Shown here: piece after piece, positions 1 through 14,100 of the stretch
Layout: every line of letters begins with the position of its first letter
Numbering within the stretch: position 1 is the first letter of the stretch
Assembly (NCBI RefSeq): GCF_009914755.1
Contig: NC_060933.1
Length of the DNA stretch: 64,000 nucleotides
Reading direction: 5' to 3' (one strand)
DNA from: the human T2T-CHM13v2.0 reference genome, Homo sapiens
Made by a program: the position numbers and the translations under genes
Notes under the pieces: model-generated
The model's input: the letters and a program-made list of their open reading frames with translations, nothing else
Databases searched by the model: none
What the model was told of the DNA's origin: nothing

Positions 1-3000
1 TGGAATGAAATGCAATGGATTCAACTCGATTGCAATGGAATGGAATAGAATGGAATGGAATGGAATGGAATGGGATTAACCCGAATAAAATGGAATGGAA
101 TGGGATGGAACGGAATGGAACGGAATGGAATGGAATGGAATGGAATGGAATGGTATGGAATGGAATGGAATGGTACGGAATAGAATGGAATGGAACGAAT
201 TGTAATGGAATGGAATTGAATGGAATGGAATGGAATGGAATGGAATCAACGCGAGTGCAGGGGAATGTAATGGAACGGAATGCAATGGAATGGAATCATC
301 CGGAATGGAATGGAATGGAATGGAATGGAATGGAATGGAATCAACCCGAGTGCAATGGAATGGAGTGGAATGGAATGGAATGGAATGGAACAACCCGAAT
401 GGAATGGAATGAAATGGAGAGTAAGGGAGTTGAATAGAATCAATCCGAATGTAATGGAATGGAATGCAACGGAATGGAATGGAATGGAATGGAATGGAAT
501 GGAATGCAATGGAATGGAATCAACCCGAGTACAATGGAATGGAATGGAATGGATTGGAAAACCTTCAAACCGAATGGAATGGAAAGGAATGGAATCAAAA
601 CGAGTGGAATGGAATGGAATGGAATGGAATGGAATGGCATGGAATGGAATGGAATGATACGGAATAGAATGGAATGGAACGAAATGGAATGGAATGGAAT
701 GGAATGGAATGGAATGGAATGGAATGGAATCGTTCCGAGTGGAATAGGAGGAAAGTATTCGAGTGGAATGGAAAGGAATGGAATCAACCAGAGTAGAATG
801 GAAGGGAATGGAATGGAATGGAAACTAATAGAATGGAATCAACCCGAGTGGAATGGAATGGAAAGGACTGGAATAGAAAGGAATGGAATGGAATGGAATG
901 GAATGGAATGGAATGGAATGGAATCAACGCGAGTGCAGGGGAATGGAATGGAATCGAATGGAAAGGAATGGAATGGAATCAACCCGAGTGCAGGGGAATG
1001 TAATGGAACGGAATGCAATGGAATGGAATCATCCGGAATGGAATGGAATGGAATCAACCCGAGTGCAACGGAATGGAGTGGAATGGAATGGAATGGAATG
1101 GAACAACCCGAATGGAATGGAATGTAATGGAGAGTAAGGGAGTTGAATAGAATCAATCCGAATATAATGGAAAGGAATGGAACGGAATGGAATGGAATGG
1201 AATGGAAAGGAATGGAATGGAATGGAAAGCAACAGAATGGAATCTACCCGAGTACAATGGAATGGAATGGAATGGAATGGAATGGAATGGAATGGAATGG
1301 AATGGAATGCAATGGACTGGAATCTTCCGGAATGGAATGGAATGGAATGGAATGGAATGGAATGGAATCGAATGGAATGGAATGCAATGGATTCAACTCG
1401 ATTGCAATGGAATGGAATAGAATGGAATGGAATGGAATGGAATGGAATTAAACCGAATAGAATGGAATGGAATGGAATGGAACGGAACAGAACTGAACGG
1501 AACGGAACGGAGTGGAATGGAAAGGAATGGAATTGTATGGAATGGAATTGCATGGTATGGAATAGAATGGAATGGAAAGAATTGGAATGGAATGGAATCG
1601 AATGGAATGGAATGGAATGGAATGGAATCAACCCGAGTGTATGGGAATGTAATGGAATGGAATGCAATGGAATGGAATCATCCGAAATGGAATGGAATGG
1701 AATGGAATGGAATGGAATGGAATGGAATGGAATCAACCCGAGTGCAATGGAATGGAGTGGAAAGGAATGGAATGGAATGGAACAACCCGAATGGAATGGA
1801 ATGTAATGGAGACTAAGAGAATTGAGTAGAATCAATCCGAAAGTAATGGAATGGAATGGAACGGAATGGAATTGAATGGAATGGAATGGAATGCAATGGA
1901 ATGGAATCAACCCGAGTGCAATGGAATGGAGAGGAATGGAATGGAATGGAATGGAAAATACCCGAATGGAATGAAATGTAATGGAGTGTAAGGGAATTGA
2001 ATAGAATCAATCCGAATGTAATGGAATGCAATGCAACGTAATGGAATGGAATGGAATGGAATGGAATGCAATGGAATTGAATCAACCCGAGTACAATGGA
2101 ATGGAATGGAATGGAATGGAATGGAATGGAATGGAATGGAATGGAATGGAATGATACGGAATAGAATGGAATGGAACGAAATGGAATGGAATGGAATGGA
2201 ATGGAATGGAATGGAATGGAATGCAATGGAATCGTTCTGAGTGGAATAGGAGGGAATGTATTCGAGTGTAGTGGAAAGGAATGATATCAACCAGAGTGGA
2301 ATGCAAGGGAATGGAATGGAATGGAAACTAATAGAATGGAATCAACCCGAGTGGAATGGAATGGAAAGGACTGGAATGGAATGGAATGGAATGGAATCAA
2401 CTCGATTGTAATGGAATGGAATGGAATGGAATGGAATGGAATGGAATTAACCCGAATAAAATGAAATGGAATGGAATGGAACGGAATGGAGTGGAATGGA
2501 ATGGAATCAACCCAATGCAGGAGAATGGAATGGAAAGGAATTCAATGGAATGGAATCATCCGGAATGGAATGGAATGCAAAGCAATGGAATCAACACGAT
2601 TGCAATGGAATGGAATGGAATGGAAAGGAATACATTGGAATCAACCCGAGTGGAATGGAATGGAAAGGACTAGAATGGAGTGGAATGGAATGGAATGGAA
2701 TGGAATGGAATCAAATCGATTGGAATGGAAGGGAATGGAATGGAATGGAATTAACCCGAACAGAATGGAATGGAATGGAATGGAACGGAACGGAATGGAA
2801 TGGAATGGAATGGAATGGAATCAACCCGACTGCAGGGGAATGGAATGGAATGGAATGCAATGGAATGGAATCTTCTGGAATGGAATGGAATGGAATGGAA
2901 TGGAATGAAATGCAATGGATTCAACGCGAGTGCAATGGAATGGAGTGGAATGGAATGGAATGGAATGGAACAACCCGAATGGAATGGAATGTAATGGAGA

Positions 3001-4247
3001 GTAAGGGAGTTGAATAGAATCAATCCGAATGTAATGGAATGGAACGGAATGGAATGGAATGGAATGGAATGGAATGGAATGCAATGGAATGGAATCAACC
3101 CGAGTACAATGGAACGGAATGGAATGGAATGTAATGTAATGGAAGGGAATGGAATGGAATGGAATGGAATGGAATGCAATGGAATGGAAGCAACCCGAGT
3201 GCAATCGAATGGAATCGAATGGAATGGAATGCAATGGAATGGATTCAACTTGAATGGAATGGAAAGAATGGAATCAACACGAGTGGAATGGCATGGATTT
3301 GAATGGAATGGAATGGAATCAACCCGAGTACAGGGGAATGGAATGGAATGGAATGCAATGGAATGGAATCATCCGTAATGGAATGGAAAGGAATGGAATG
3401 GAATGGAATGGAATGGAATGGAATGCAATGGAATGGAATCAACCCGAGTGCAATCGAATGGAATCGAATGGAATGGAATGCAATGGAATGGATTCAACTT
3501 GAATGGAATGGAAAGAATGGAAACAACACGAGTGGAATGGCATGGATTGGAATGGAATGGAATGAAATCAACCCGAGTATAGGGGAATGGAATGGAATGG
3601 AATGCAATGGAATGGAATCATCAGTAATGGAATGGAAAGGAATGGAAAGGACTGGAATGGAATGGAATGGAATGGAATGGAATGGAATCAAATCGATTGC
3701 AATCGAATGGAATGGAATGGAATTAACCCGAATATAATGGAATGGAATGGAATGCAACGGAACGGAATGGAATGGAATGGAATGGAATGGAACGGAAAGG
3801 AATGGAATGGAATGGAATGGAATGGAATGGAATGGAATGGAATGGAATCAACGCGAGTGCAGGGGAAAGGAATGGAATCGAATGGAATGGAAAGGAATGG
3901 AATGGAATGAACCCGAGTGCAGGCGAATGTAATGGAACGGAATGCAATGGAATTGAATCATCCGGAATGGAATGGAATGGAATGGGATGGAATCAACCCG
4001 AGTGCAATGGAATGGAGTGGAATGGAATGGAATGGAATGGAACAACCCGAATGGAATGGAATGGAATGTAATGGAGAGTAAGGGAGTTGAAAAGAATCAA
4101 TCCGAATGTAATGGAATGGAATGGAACGGAATGGAATGGAATGGAATGGAATGGAATGGAATGCAATGGAATGGAATCAACCCGAGTACAATGGAATGGA
4201 ACGGAATGGAATGGAATGGAATGGAATGGAATGGAATGCAATGGAAT

Positions 4248-4262
4248 GGAAACTTCCGGAAT
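4248..4262. promoter_or_regulatory. HSE match gGAAacTTCcgGAAt overlapping an ETS-type site (ACTTCCGG = CCGGAAGT on the - strand)
   Basis: The sequence is GGAAACTTCCGGAAT; the same variant recurs at ~34413-34427. Motif match only. Confidence 0.4.
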
Positions 4263-4799
4263 GGAATGGAATGGAAAGGAATGGAATGGAATGGAATGGA
4301 ATGCTATGGATTCAACTCGATTGCAATGGAATGGAATAGAATGGAATGGAATGGAATGGAATGGAATGGAATTAAACCGAATAGAATGGAATGGAATGGA
4401 AAGGAATGGAACAGAACGGATCGGAACGGAACGGAGTGGAATGGAATGGAATGGAATTGTATGGAATGGAATGGAATGGTACGGAATAGAATGGAATGGA
4501 AAGAATTGGAATGGAATGGAATCGAGTGGAAGGGAATGGAATGGAATGGAATCAACCCGAGTTCAGGGGAATGTAATGGAACGGAATGCAATGGAATGGA
4601 ACATCCGGAATGGAATGGAATGGAATGGAGTGGAATGGAATCAACCCGAGCACAATGGAATGGAGTGGAATGGAATGGAATGGAATGGAACAACCCGAAT
4701 GGAATGGAATGTAATGGATAGTAAGGGAGTTGAATAGAATCAATCCGAATGTAAAGGAATGGAACGGAATGGAATGGAATGGAATGGAATGGAATGGAA

Positions 4800-6655
4800 T
4801 GGAATGGAATGGAATGCAATGGAATGGAATCAACCCGAGTAAAATGGAACGGAATGGAAAGGAATGTAATGGAATGGAATGGAATGGAATGGAATGGAAT
4901 CAACCCGAGTGCAATGGAATGGAGAGGAATGGAATGGAATGGAATGGAAACTACCCGAATGGAATGGAATGTAATGGAGTGTAAGGGAATTGAATAGAAT
5001 CAATCCGAATGGAATGGAATGCAATGGAACAGAATGTAATGTAATGGAATGGAATGGAATCAACCCGAGTGCAGGGGAATGGAATGGAATGGAATGGAAT
5101 GGAATGGAATGCAATGGAATGGAATCAACCCGAGTGCAATTGAATGGAATCGAATGGAATGGAATGCAATGGAATGGATTCAACTTGAATGGAATGGAAA
5201 GAATGGAATCAACACGAGTGGAATGGCATGGATTGGAATGGAATGGAATGGAATCAACCCGAGTACAGGGGAATGGAATGGAATGGAATGCAATGGAATG
5301 GAACCATCCGTAATGGAATGGAAAGGAATGGAATGGAATGGAATGGAATGGAATCAACTCGATTGCAACCGAATGGAATGGAATGGAATTAACCCGAATA
5401 GAATGGAATGGAATGGAATGGAACGGAACGGAATGGAATGGAATGGAATAGAATGGAATAGAACGGAACGGAATGGATTGGAATGGAATGGAATGGAATG
5501 GAATGGAATGGAATGGAATCAACGCGAGTGCATGGGAATGGAATGGAATGGAATGCAATGGAATGGAATGTTCCGGAATGGAATGGAATGGAATGGAATG
5601 AAATGCAATGGATTCAACTCGATTGCAATGGAATGGAATAGAATGGAATGGAATGGAATGGAATGGAATGGAATGGAATTAACCCGAATAGAATGGAATG
5701 GAATGGAATGGAACGGAATGGAACCGAATGGAATGGAATGGAATGGAATGCAATGGAATGGAATCAACCCGAGTAAAATGGAACGGAATGGAAAGGAATG
5801 TAATGGAATGGAATGGAATGGAATGGAATGGAATCAACCCGAGTGCAATGGAATGGAGAGGAATGGAATGGAATGGAATGGAAACTACCCGAATGGAATG
5901 GAATGTAATGGAGTGTAAGGGAATTGAATAGAATCAATCCGAATGGAATGGAATGGAATGGAACAGAATGTAATGTAATGGAATGGAATGGAATCAACCC
6001 GAGTGCAGGGGAATGGAATGGAATGGAATGGAATGGAATGGAATGCAATGGAATGGAATCAATCCGAGTGCAATTGAATGGAATCGAATGGAATGGAATG
6101 CAATGGAATGGATTCAACTTGAATGGAATGGAAAGAATGGAATCAACACGAGTGGAATGGCATGGATTGGAATGGAATGGAATGGAATCAACCCGAGTAC
6201 AGGGGAATGGAATGGAATGGAATGCAATGGAATGGAATCATCCGTAATGGAATGGAAAGGAATGGAATGGAATGGAATGGAATGGAATCAACTCGATTGC
6301 AACCGAATGGAATGGAATGGAATTAACCCGAATAGAATGGAATGGAATGGAATGGAACGGAACGGAATGGAATGGAATGGAATAGAATGGAATAGAACGG
6401 AACGGAATGGAATGGAATGGAATGGAATGGAATGGAATGGAATGGAATGGAATCAACGCGAGTGCATGGGAATGGAATGGAATGGAATGCAATGGAATGG
6501 AATGTTCCGGAATGGAATGGAATGGAATGGAATGAAATGCAATGGATTCAACTCGATTGCAATGGAATGGAATAGAATGGAATGGAATGGAATGGAATGG
6601 AATTAACCCGAATAGAATGGAATGGAATGGAATGGAACGGAATGGAACCGAATGG
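4800..6655 (+). repeat. Recent ~934 bp tandem duplication (copy 1 ~4800-5730, copy 2 ~5734-6655)
   Basis: Private variants recur at +934: CAACCCGAGTAAAATGG (4831/5765), GGAACAGAATGTAATGTAAT, GATTGCAACCG, GAGTGCATGGG and GTTCCGG (5570/6504). ORF pairs 4990/5924, 5049/5983 and 5189/6123 are all offset by 934. Confidence 0.9.
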
Positions 6656-9600
6656 AATGGAATGGAATGGAATGGAATGGTATGGAATGGAGTGGAATGG
6701 TACGGAATAGAATGGAATGGAACGAATTGTAATGGAATGGAATGGAATGGAATGGAATGGAATGGAATGGAATGGAATCAACGCGAGTGCAGGGGAATGG
6801 AATGGAATCGAATGGAATGGAATGGAATGGAATGGAATCAACCCGAGTGCAGGGAAATGTAATGGAACGGAATGCAATGGAATGGAATCATACGGAATGG
6901 AATGGAATGGAATGGAATGGAATCAACCTGAGTGCAGTGGAATGGAGTGGAATGGAATGGAATGGAATGGAACAACCCGAATGGAATGGAATGTAATGGA
7001 GAGTAAGGGAGTTGAATAGAATCAATCCGAATGTAATGGAATGGAATGCAACGGAATGGAATCGAATGGAATTGAATGGAATGGAATGAAATGGAATGAT
7101 ACGGAATAGAATGGAATGGAACGAAATGGAATGGAATGGAATGGAATGGAATGGAATGGAATGGAATGGAATGGAATGGAAACAAATAGAATGGAATCAA
7201 CCCCAGTGGAATGGAACGGAAAGGACTGGAATGGAATGGAATGGAATGGAATGGAATGGAATGGAATCAACTCGATTGTAATGGAATGGAATGGAATGGA
7301 ATGGAATGGAATGGAATTAACCCGAATACAATGGAATGGAATGGAATGGAACGGAATGGAGTGGAATGGAATGGAATCAACGCGAGTGCAGGGGAATGGA
7401 TTGGAATGGAATGCAATGGAATGGAATCATCCGGAATGGAATGGAATGGAATGGAATGCAAAGCAATGGAATCAACTCGATTGTAATGGAATGGAATGGA
7501 ATGGAAAGGAATAGAATGGAATCAACCCGAGTGTAATGGAATGGAAAGGACTGGAATGGAGTGGAATGGAATGGAATGGAATGGAATGGAATCAACTCGA
7601 TTGGAATGGAATGGAATGGAATGGAATGGAATGGAATGGAATGGAATTAACCCGAATAGAATGGAATGGAATGGAATGGAATCAACTCGATTGCAATGGA
7701 ATGGAATGGAATGGAATGGAATCGAATGGAATGGAATGGAATTAACAGGAATAGAAAGCAATGGAAAGGAATGGAACGGAATGGAATGGAATGGAATGGA
7801 ATTGAATGGAATGGAATGGAATGGAATCAACCCGAGTGCAGGGGAATTGAATGGAATGGAATGCAATGGAATGGAATCTTCCGGAATGGAATGGAATGGA
7901 ATGGAATGGAATGGAATGGAATGAAATGCAATGGATTCAACTCGATTGCAATGGAATGGAATAGAATGGAATGGAATGGAATGGAATGGAATTAACCCGA
8001 ATAGAATGGAATGGAATGGAATGGAAAAGAATGGAACGGAATGGAATGGAATGGAATGGAATGGAATGGTACGGAATAGAATGGAATGGAACGAATTGTA
8101 ATGGAATGGAATTGAATGGAATGCAATGGAATGGAATGCAATCAACGCGAGTGCAGGGGAATGTAATGGAACGGAATGCAATGGAATGGAATCATCCGGA
8201 ATGGAATGGAATGGAATGGAATGGAATGGAATCAACCCGAGTGCAACGGAATGCAGTGGAATGGAATGGAATGGAATGGAACAACCCGAATGGAATGGAA
8301 TGTAATGGAGAGTAAGGGAGTTGAAGAGAATCAATCCGAATGTAATGGAATGGAATGCAACGGAATGGAATGGAATGGAATGCAATGGAATGGAATGGAA
8401 TGGAATGCAAAGGAATGGAATCAACCGGAGTGGAATGGCATGGAATGTAATGCAATGGAATGGAATGGAATCGAATGGAATCAACTCGAGTGGAAAGGAA
8501 TGGAATGGAATGGAAAGGAATGGAATGAAATCAACTCGAGTGCAATGGAATGGAATGGAATGGATTGGAATGGATTGCAACGGAATGAAATGGAATGGAA
8601 CGGAATGGAATCAATCATTCCTAGTGGAATGGAAGGGAATGTAATGGAGTGGAAAGATGGGAATGGAATCAACCCGATTGGAATGCAAGGCAATGGAATG
8701 GAATGGAAAGGAATGGAATGCAATCAACTCGATTGCAATGGAATGGAATGGAATGGAATTGAATGGAATGGAATTAACCGGAATAGAATGGAATGCAATG
8801 GAGTGGAACGGAATGGAATGGAATGGAAGGTAATGGAATCAACACGAGTGCAGGGGAATGGAATGGAATCGAATGCAATGGAATGGAATCATCCGGAATG
8901 GAATGGAATGGAATGGAATCAATTCCATTGCAATGGAATGGAATGGAATGGAATGGAATAGAATGGAATGGAATTAACCCGAATAGAATGGAATGCAATA
9001 GAATGGAATGGAACGGAACCGAATGGAGTGGAATGGAATGGAATGGAATCAACCTGAGTGCAGGGGAATGGAATGGAATGGAATGCAATGGAATGGAATC
9101 ATCCGGAATGGAATGGAATGGAATGGAATGGAATCAAACCGAGTGCAATGGAATGGAGTGAAATGGAATGGAATGGAATGGAAACAACCAGAATGGATTG
9201 GAATATAATGGAGTGTAAGGGAATTGAATAGAGTCAATCTGAATGTAATGAAATGTAATCGAACGGAATGGAATGGAATGGAATGGAATGGAATGGAATC
9301 AACGCGAGTGCAGGGGAATGGAATGTAATGGAATGTAATGGAATGGAATCTTCCGGAATGGAATGGAATGGAATGGAATCAACCCGAGTGCAGGGGTATG
9401 TAATGGAACGGAATGAAATGGAATGGAATTAAATGGAATGGAATAATCCGGAATGGAATAGAATGGAATGGAATGGAATCAACCCGAGTGCAATGGAATG
9501 GAGAGTAATGGAATGGAATGGAGTGGAAACTACCCGAATGGAATGGAATGTAATGGAGTGTAAGGGAATTGAATAGAATCAATCCGAATGTAATGGAATG

Positions 9601-11100
9601 GAATGGAACGGAATGGAATGTAATGGAATGGAATGGAATGGAATGGAATGCAATGGAATGGAATCAACCCGAGTGCAATCGAATGGAATCGAATGGAATG
9701 GAATGCAATGGAATGGATTCAACTTGAATGGAATGGAAAGAATGGAATCAACACGAATGGAAGGGCATGGATTGGAATGCAATGGAATGGAATCAACCCG
9801 AGTACAGGGGAATGGAATGGAATGGAATGCAATGGAATGGAATCATCCGTAATGGAATGGAAAGGAATGGAATGGAATGGAATGGAATGGAATGGAATCA
9901 ACTCGATTGCAATCGAATGGAATGGAATGGAATTCACCCGAATAGAATGGAATGGAATGGAATGGAACGGAACGGAATGGAATGAAATGGAGTGGAATGG
10001 AATGGAACGGAACGGAATGGAATGGAATTGAATGGAATGGAATGGAATGTAATGGAATCAACGCGAGTGCAGGGGAATGGAATGGAATAGAAGGCAATGG
10101 AATGGAATCTTCCGGAATGTAATGGAATGGAATGGAATGGAATGAAATGCAATGGATTCAACTCGATTGCAATGGAATGGAATAGAATGGAATGGAATGG
10201 AATGGAATGGAATGGAATTAACCCGAATAAAATGGAATGGAATGGAATGGAATGGATCGGAATGGAACGGAATGGAATGGAATGGAATGGAATGCAATGG
10301 TATGGAATGGAATGGAATGGTACGGAATAGAATGGAATAGAACGAATTGTAATGGAATGGAATTGAATGGAATGGAATGGAATCGAATGGAATCAACGCG
10401 AGAGCAGGGGAATGTAATGGAACGGAATGCAATGGAATGGAATCATCCGGAATGGAATGGAATGGAATGGAATGGAATGGAATCAACCCGAGTGCAATGG
10501 AATGGAGTGGAATGCAATGGAATGGAATGGAACAACCCGAATGGAATGGAATGTAATGGAGAGTAAGGGAGTTGAATAGAACCAATCCGAATGTAATGGA
10601 ATGGAATGCAACGGAATGGAATGGAATGGAATGGAATGGAATGCAATGGAATGGAATCAACCCGAGTACAATGGAATGGAATGGAATGGAAGGGAATGGA
10701 ATGGAATGGAATGGAATGGAATGCCTTCATACCGAATTGAATGGAAAGGAATGGAATCAACAGGAGTGGAATGGAATGGAATGGAATGGAATGGAATGGA
10801 ATGGAATGGAATGATACGGAATAGAACGGAATGGAAAGAAATGGAATGGAATGGAATGGAATGGAATGGAATGGAATGGAATGGAATGGAATCGTTCCGA
10901 GTGGAATAGGAGGGAATGTATTCGAGTGGAATGGAAAGTAATGGAATCAACCAGAGTGGAATGGAAGGGAATGGAATGGAATAGAAACTAATAGAAAGGA
11001 ATCAACCCGAGTGGAATTGAATGGAAAGGACTCCAATGGAAAGGAATGGAATGGAAAGGAATGGAATGGAATGGAATGGAATGGAATGGAATGGAATGGA

Positions 11101-11245
11101 ATGGAATCAACGCGAGTGCAGGGGAATGGAATGGAATCGAATGGAATGGAATGGAATGGAATGGAATCAACGCGAGTGTAGGGGAATGGAATGGAATCGA
11201 ATGGAATGGAATGGAATGGAATGGAATCAACCCGAGTGCAGGGGA
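11101..11245 (+). repeat. 60 bp local tandem duplication plus partial third copy
   Basis: ATGGAATCAAC(G/C)CGAGTG(C/T)AGGGGAATG starts at 11101, 11161 and 11221; the first two copies differ by one base. Confidence 0.8.
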
Positions 11246-13515
11246 ATGTAATGGAACGGAATGCAATGGAATGGAATCTTCTGGAATGGAATGGAATGGA
11301 ATGGAATGGAATGGAATAAACCCGAGTGCAATGGAATGGAGTGGAATGGAATGGAATGGAATGGAAACTACCCGAATGGAATGGAATGTAATGGAGTGTA
11401 AGGGAATTGAATAGAATCAATCCGAATGTAATGGAATGGAATGGAAGGGAATGGAATGGAATGGAATGGAATGGAATGCAATGGAATGGAATCAACCTGA
11501 GTGCAATCGAATGGAATCGAATGGAATGGAATGCAATGGAATGGATTCAACTTGAATGGAATGGAAAGAATGGAGTCAACACGAGTGGAATGGCATGGAT
11601 TGGAATGGAATGGAATGGAATCAACCCGAGTACAGAGGAATGGAATGGAATGGAATGCAATGGAATGGAATCATCCGTAATGGAATGGAAAGGAATGGAA
11701 TGGAATGGAATGGAATCAACTCGATTGCAATCGAATGGAATGGAATGGAATTAACCCGAATAGAATGGAATGGAATGGAATGGAACGGAACGGAACGGAA
11801 TGGAATGGAATGGAATGGAACGGAACGGAACGGAATGGAATGGAATGGAATGGAATGGAATCAACGCGAGTGCAGGGGAATGGAATGGAATGGAATGCAA
11901 TGGAATGGAATCTTCCGGAATGGAATGGAATGGAATGGAATGGAATGGAATGGAATCAACGCGAGTGCAATGGAATGGAGTGGAATGGAATGGAGTGGAA
12001 TGGAACAACCCGAATGGAATGGAATGTAATGGAGTGTAAGGGAATTGACTAGAATCAATCCGAATGGAATGGAATGGAATGGAATGGAATGGAATGGAAT
12101 GGAATGGAATCGATTGCAATGGAATGGAATCAACCTGAGTGCAATCGAATGGAATCGAATGGAATGGAATGCAATGGAATGTATTCAACTTGAATGGAAT
12201 GGAAAGAATGGAATCAACACGAGTGGAATGGCATGGATTGGAATGGAATGGAATGGAATCAACCCGAGTACAGGGGAATGAAATGGAATGGAATGCAATG
12301 GAATGGAATCATCCATAATGGAATGGAAAGGAATGGAACGGAACGGAATGGAATGGAATGGAATGGAATGGAATCAACTCGATTGCAATCGAATGGAATG
12401 GAATGGAATTAACCCTAATAGAATGGAATGGAATGGAATGGAACGGAACGGAACGGAATGGAATGGATTGGAATGGAATGGAATGGAATGGAATGGAACG
12501 GAAAGGAATGGAATGCAATGGAATGGAATGGAATGGAATGGAATAAACCCGAGTGCAATGGAATGGAGTGGAATGGAATGGAATGGAATGGAACAACCCG
12601 AATGGAATGGAATGTAATGGAGAGTAAGTGAGTTGAATAGAATCAATTCGAATGTAATGGAATGGAATGGAACGGAATGGAATTGAATGGAATGGAATGG
12701 AATGCAATGGAATGGAATCAACCCGAGGTCAATGGAATGGAGAGGAATTGAATGGAATGGAATGGAAACTACACGAATGGAATGGAACGTAATGGAGTGT
12801 AAGGGAATTGAATAGAATCAATCCGAATGTAATGGAATGGAATGGAACGGAATGGAATGGAATGGAATGGAATGGAATGGAATGGAATGCAATGGAATGG
12901 AATCAACCCGAGTGCAATCGAATGGAATCGAATGGAATGGAATGCAGTGGAATGGATTCAACTTGAATGGAATGGAAAGAATGGAATCAACACGAGTGGA
13001 ATGGCATGGATTGGAATGGAATGGAATGGAATCAACCCGAGTACAGGGGAATGGAATGGAATGGCATGCAATGGAATGGAATCATCCGTAATGGAATGGA
13101 AAGGAATGGAATGGAATGGAATGGAATGGAATGGAATGGAATGGAATGGAATCAACTCCATTGCAATCGAATGGAATGGAATGGAATTAACCCGAATAGA
13201 ATGGAATGGAATGGAACGGAACGGAATGGAATCGAATGGAATGGAATGGAATGGAACGGAAAGGAAGGGAATGGAATGGAATAGAATGGAATGGAATGGA
13301 ATCAACGCGAGTGCAGGGGAATGGAATGGAATGGAATGCAATGGAATGGAATCAAACCGAGTGCAATGGAATGGAAAGAAATGGAATGGAATGGAAACTA
13401 CCCGAATGGAATGGAATGTAATGGAGTGTAAGGGAATTGAATAGAATCAATCCGAATGTAATGGAATGGAATGGAACGGAACGGAATGGAATGGAATGGA
13501 ATGGAATGGAATGGA

Positions 13516-13803
13516 ATGCAATGGAATGGAATCAACCCTAGTGCAATCGAATGGAATTGAATGGAATGGAATGCAATGGAATGGATTCAACTTGAATGGA
13601 ATGGAAAGAGTGGAATCAACACGAGTGGAATGGCATGGATTGGAATGGAATGGAATGGAATGCAATGGAATGGAATCAACCCGAGTGCAATCGAATGGAA
13701 TCGAATGGAATGGAATGCAATGGAATGGATTCAACTTGAATGGAATGGAAAGAGTGGAATCAACACGAGTGCAATGGCATGGATTGGAATGGAATGGAAT
13801 GGA
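13516..13803 (+). repeat. 144 bp tandem duplication
   Basis: The private variant GGAAAGAGTGG (elsewhere GGAAAGAATGG) occurs at 13603 and 13747. The flanking ATCAACCC and GATTCAACTTG modules also repeat at +144. Confidence 0.85.
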
Positions 13804-14085
13804 ACCAACCCGAGTACAGGGGAATGGAATGGAATGGAATGCAATGGAATGGAATCATCCGTACTGGAATGGAAAGGAATGGAATGGAATGGAATGGAAT
13901 GGAATGGTATGGAATGGAATGGAATGGACTCAACTCGATTGCAATCGAATGGAATGGAATGCAATTAACCCGAATAGAATGGAATGGAATGGAATGGAAC
14001 GGAACGGAATGGAATGGAATGGAATGGATTGGAATGGAATCAACGCGAGTGCAGGGGAATGTAATGGAACGGAATGCAATGGAAT

Positions 14086-14100
14086 GGAATCTTCCGGAAT
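14086..14100. promoter_or_regulatory. Representative perfect heat-shock element match gGAAtcTTCcgGAAt (one of ~45-50 in the window)
   Basis: Exact match to nGAAnnTTCnnGAAn. This is a motif match only; binding is not shown. Confidence 0.5.

Noticed and set aside
256-265. G-quadruplex from GCAGGGG modules
   Set aside because: G-runs of three or more are isolated and tens to hundreds of bp apart, so there is no canonical four-tract motif.
418-430. TAAGGG as a telomere-like repeat or interstitial telomere
   Set aside because: It is always a single hexamer inside the GAGTAAGGGAGTTG / GTGTAAGGGAATTG module and never tandem TTAGGG.
431-445. DUX4-like site in TGAATAGAATCAATC
   Set aside because: It matches only the AATCA half of TAAYYYAATCA, with several mismatches; too weak to call.
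1325-1332. TTCCGGAA as a STAT GAS element
   Set aside because: The spacing is TTC-N2-GAA, whereas canonical GAS is N3 (N4 for STAT6). The HSE reading fits exactly.
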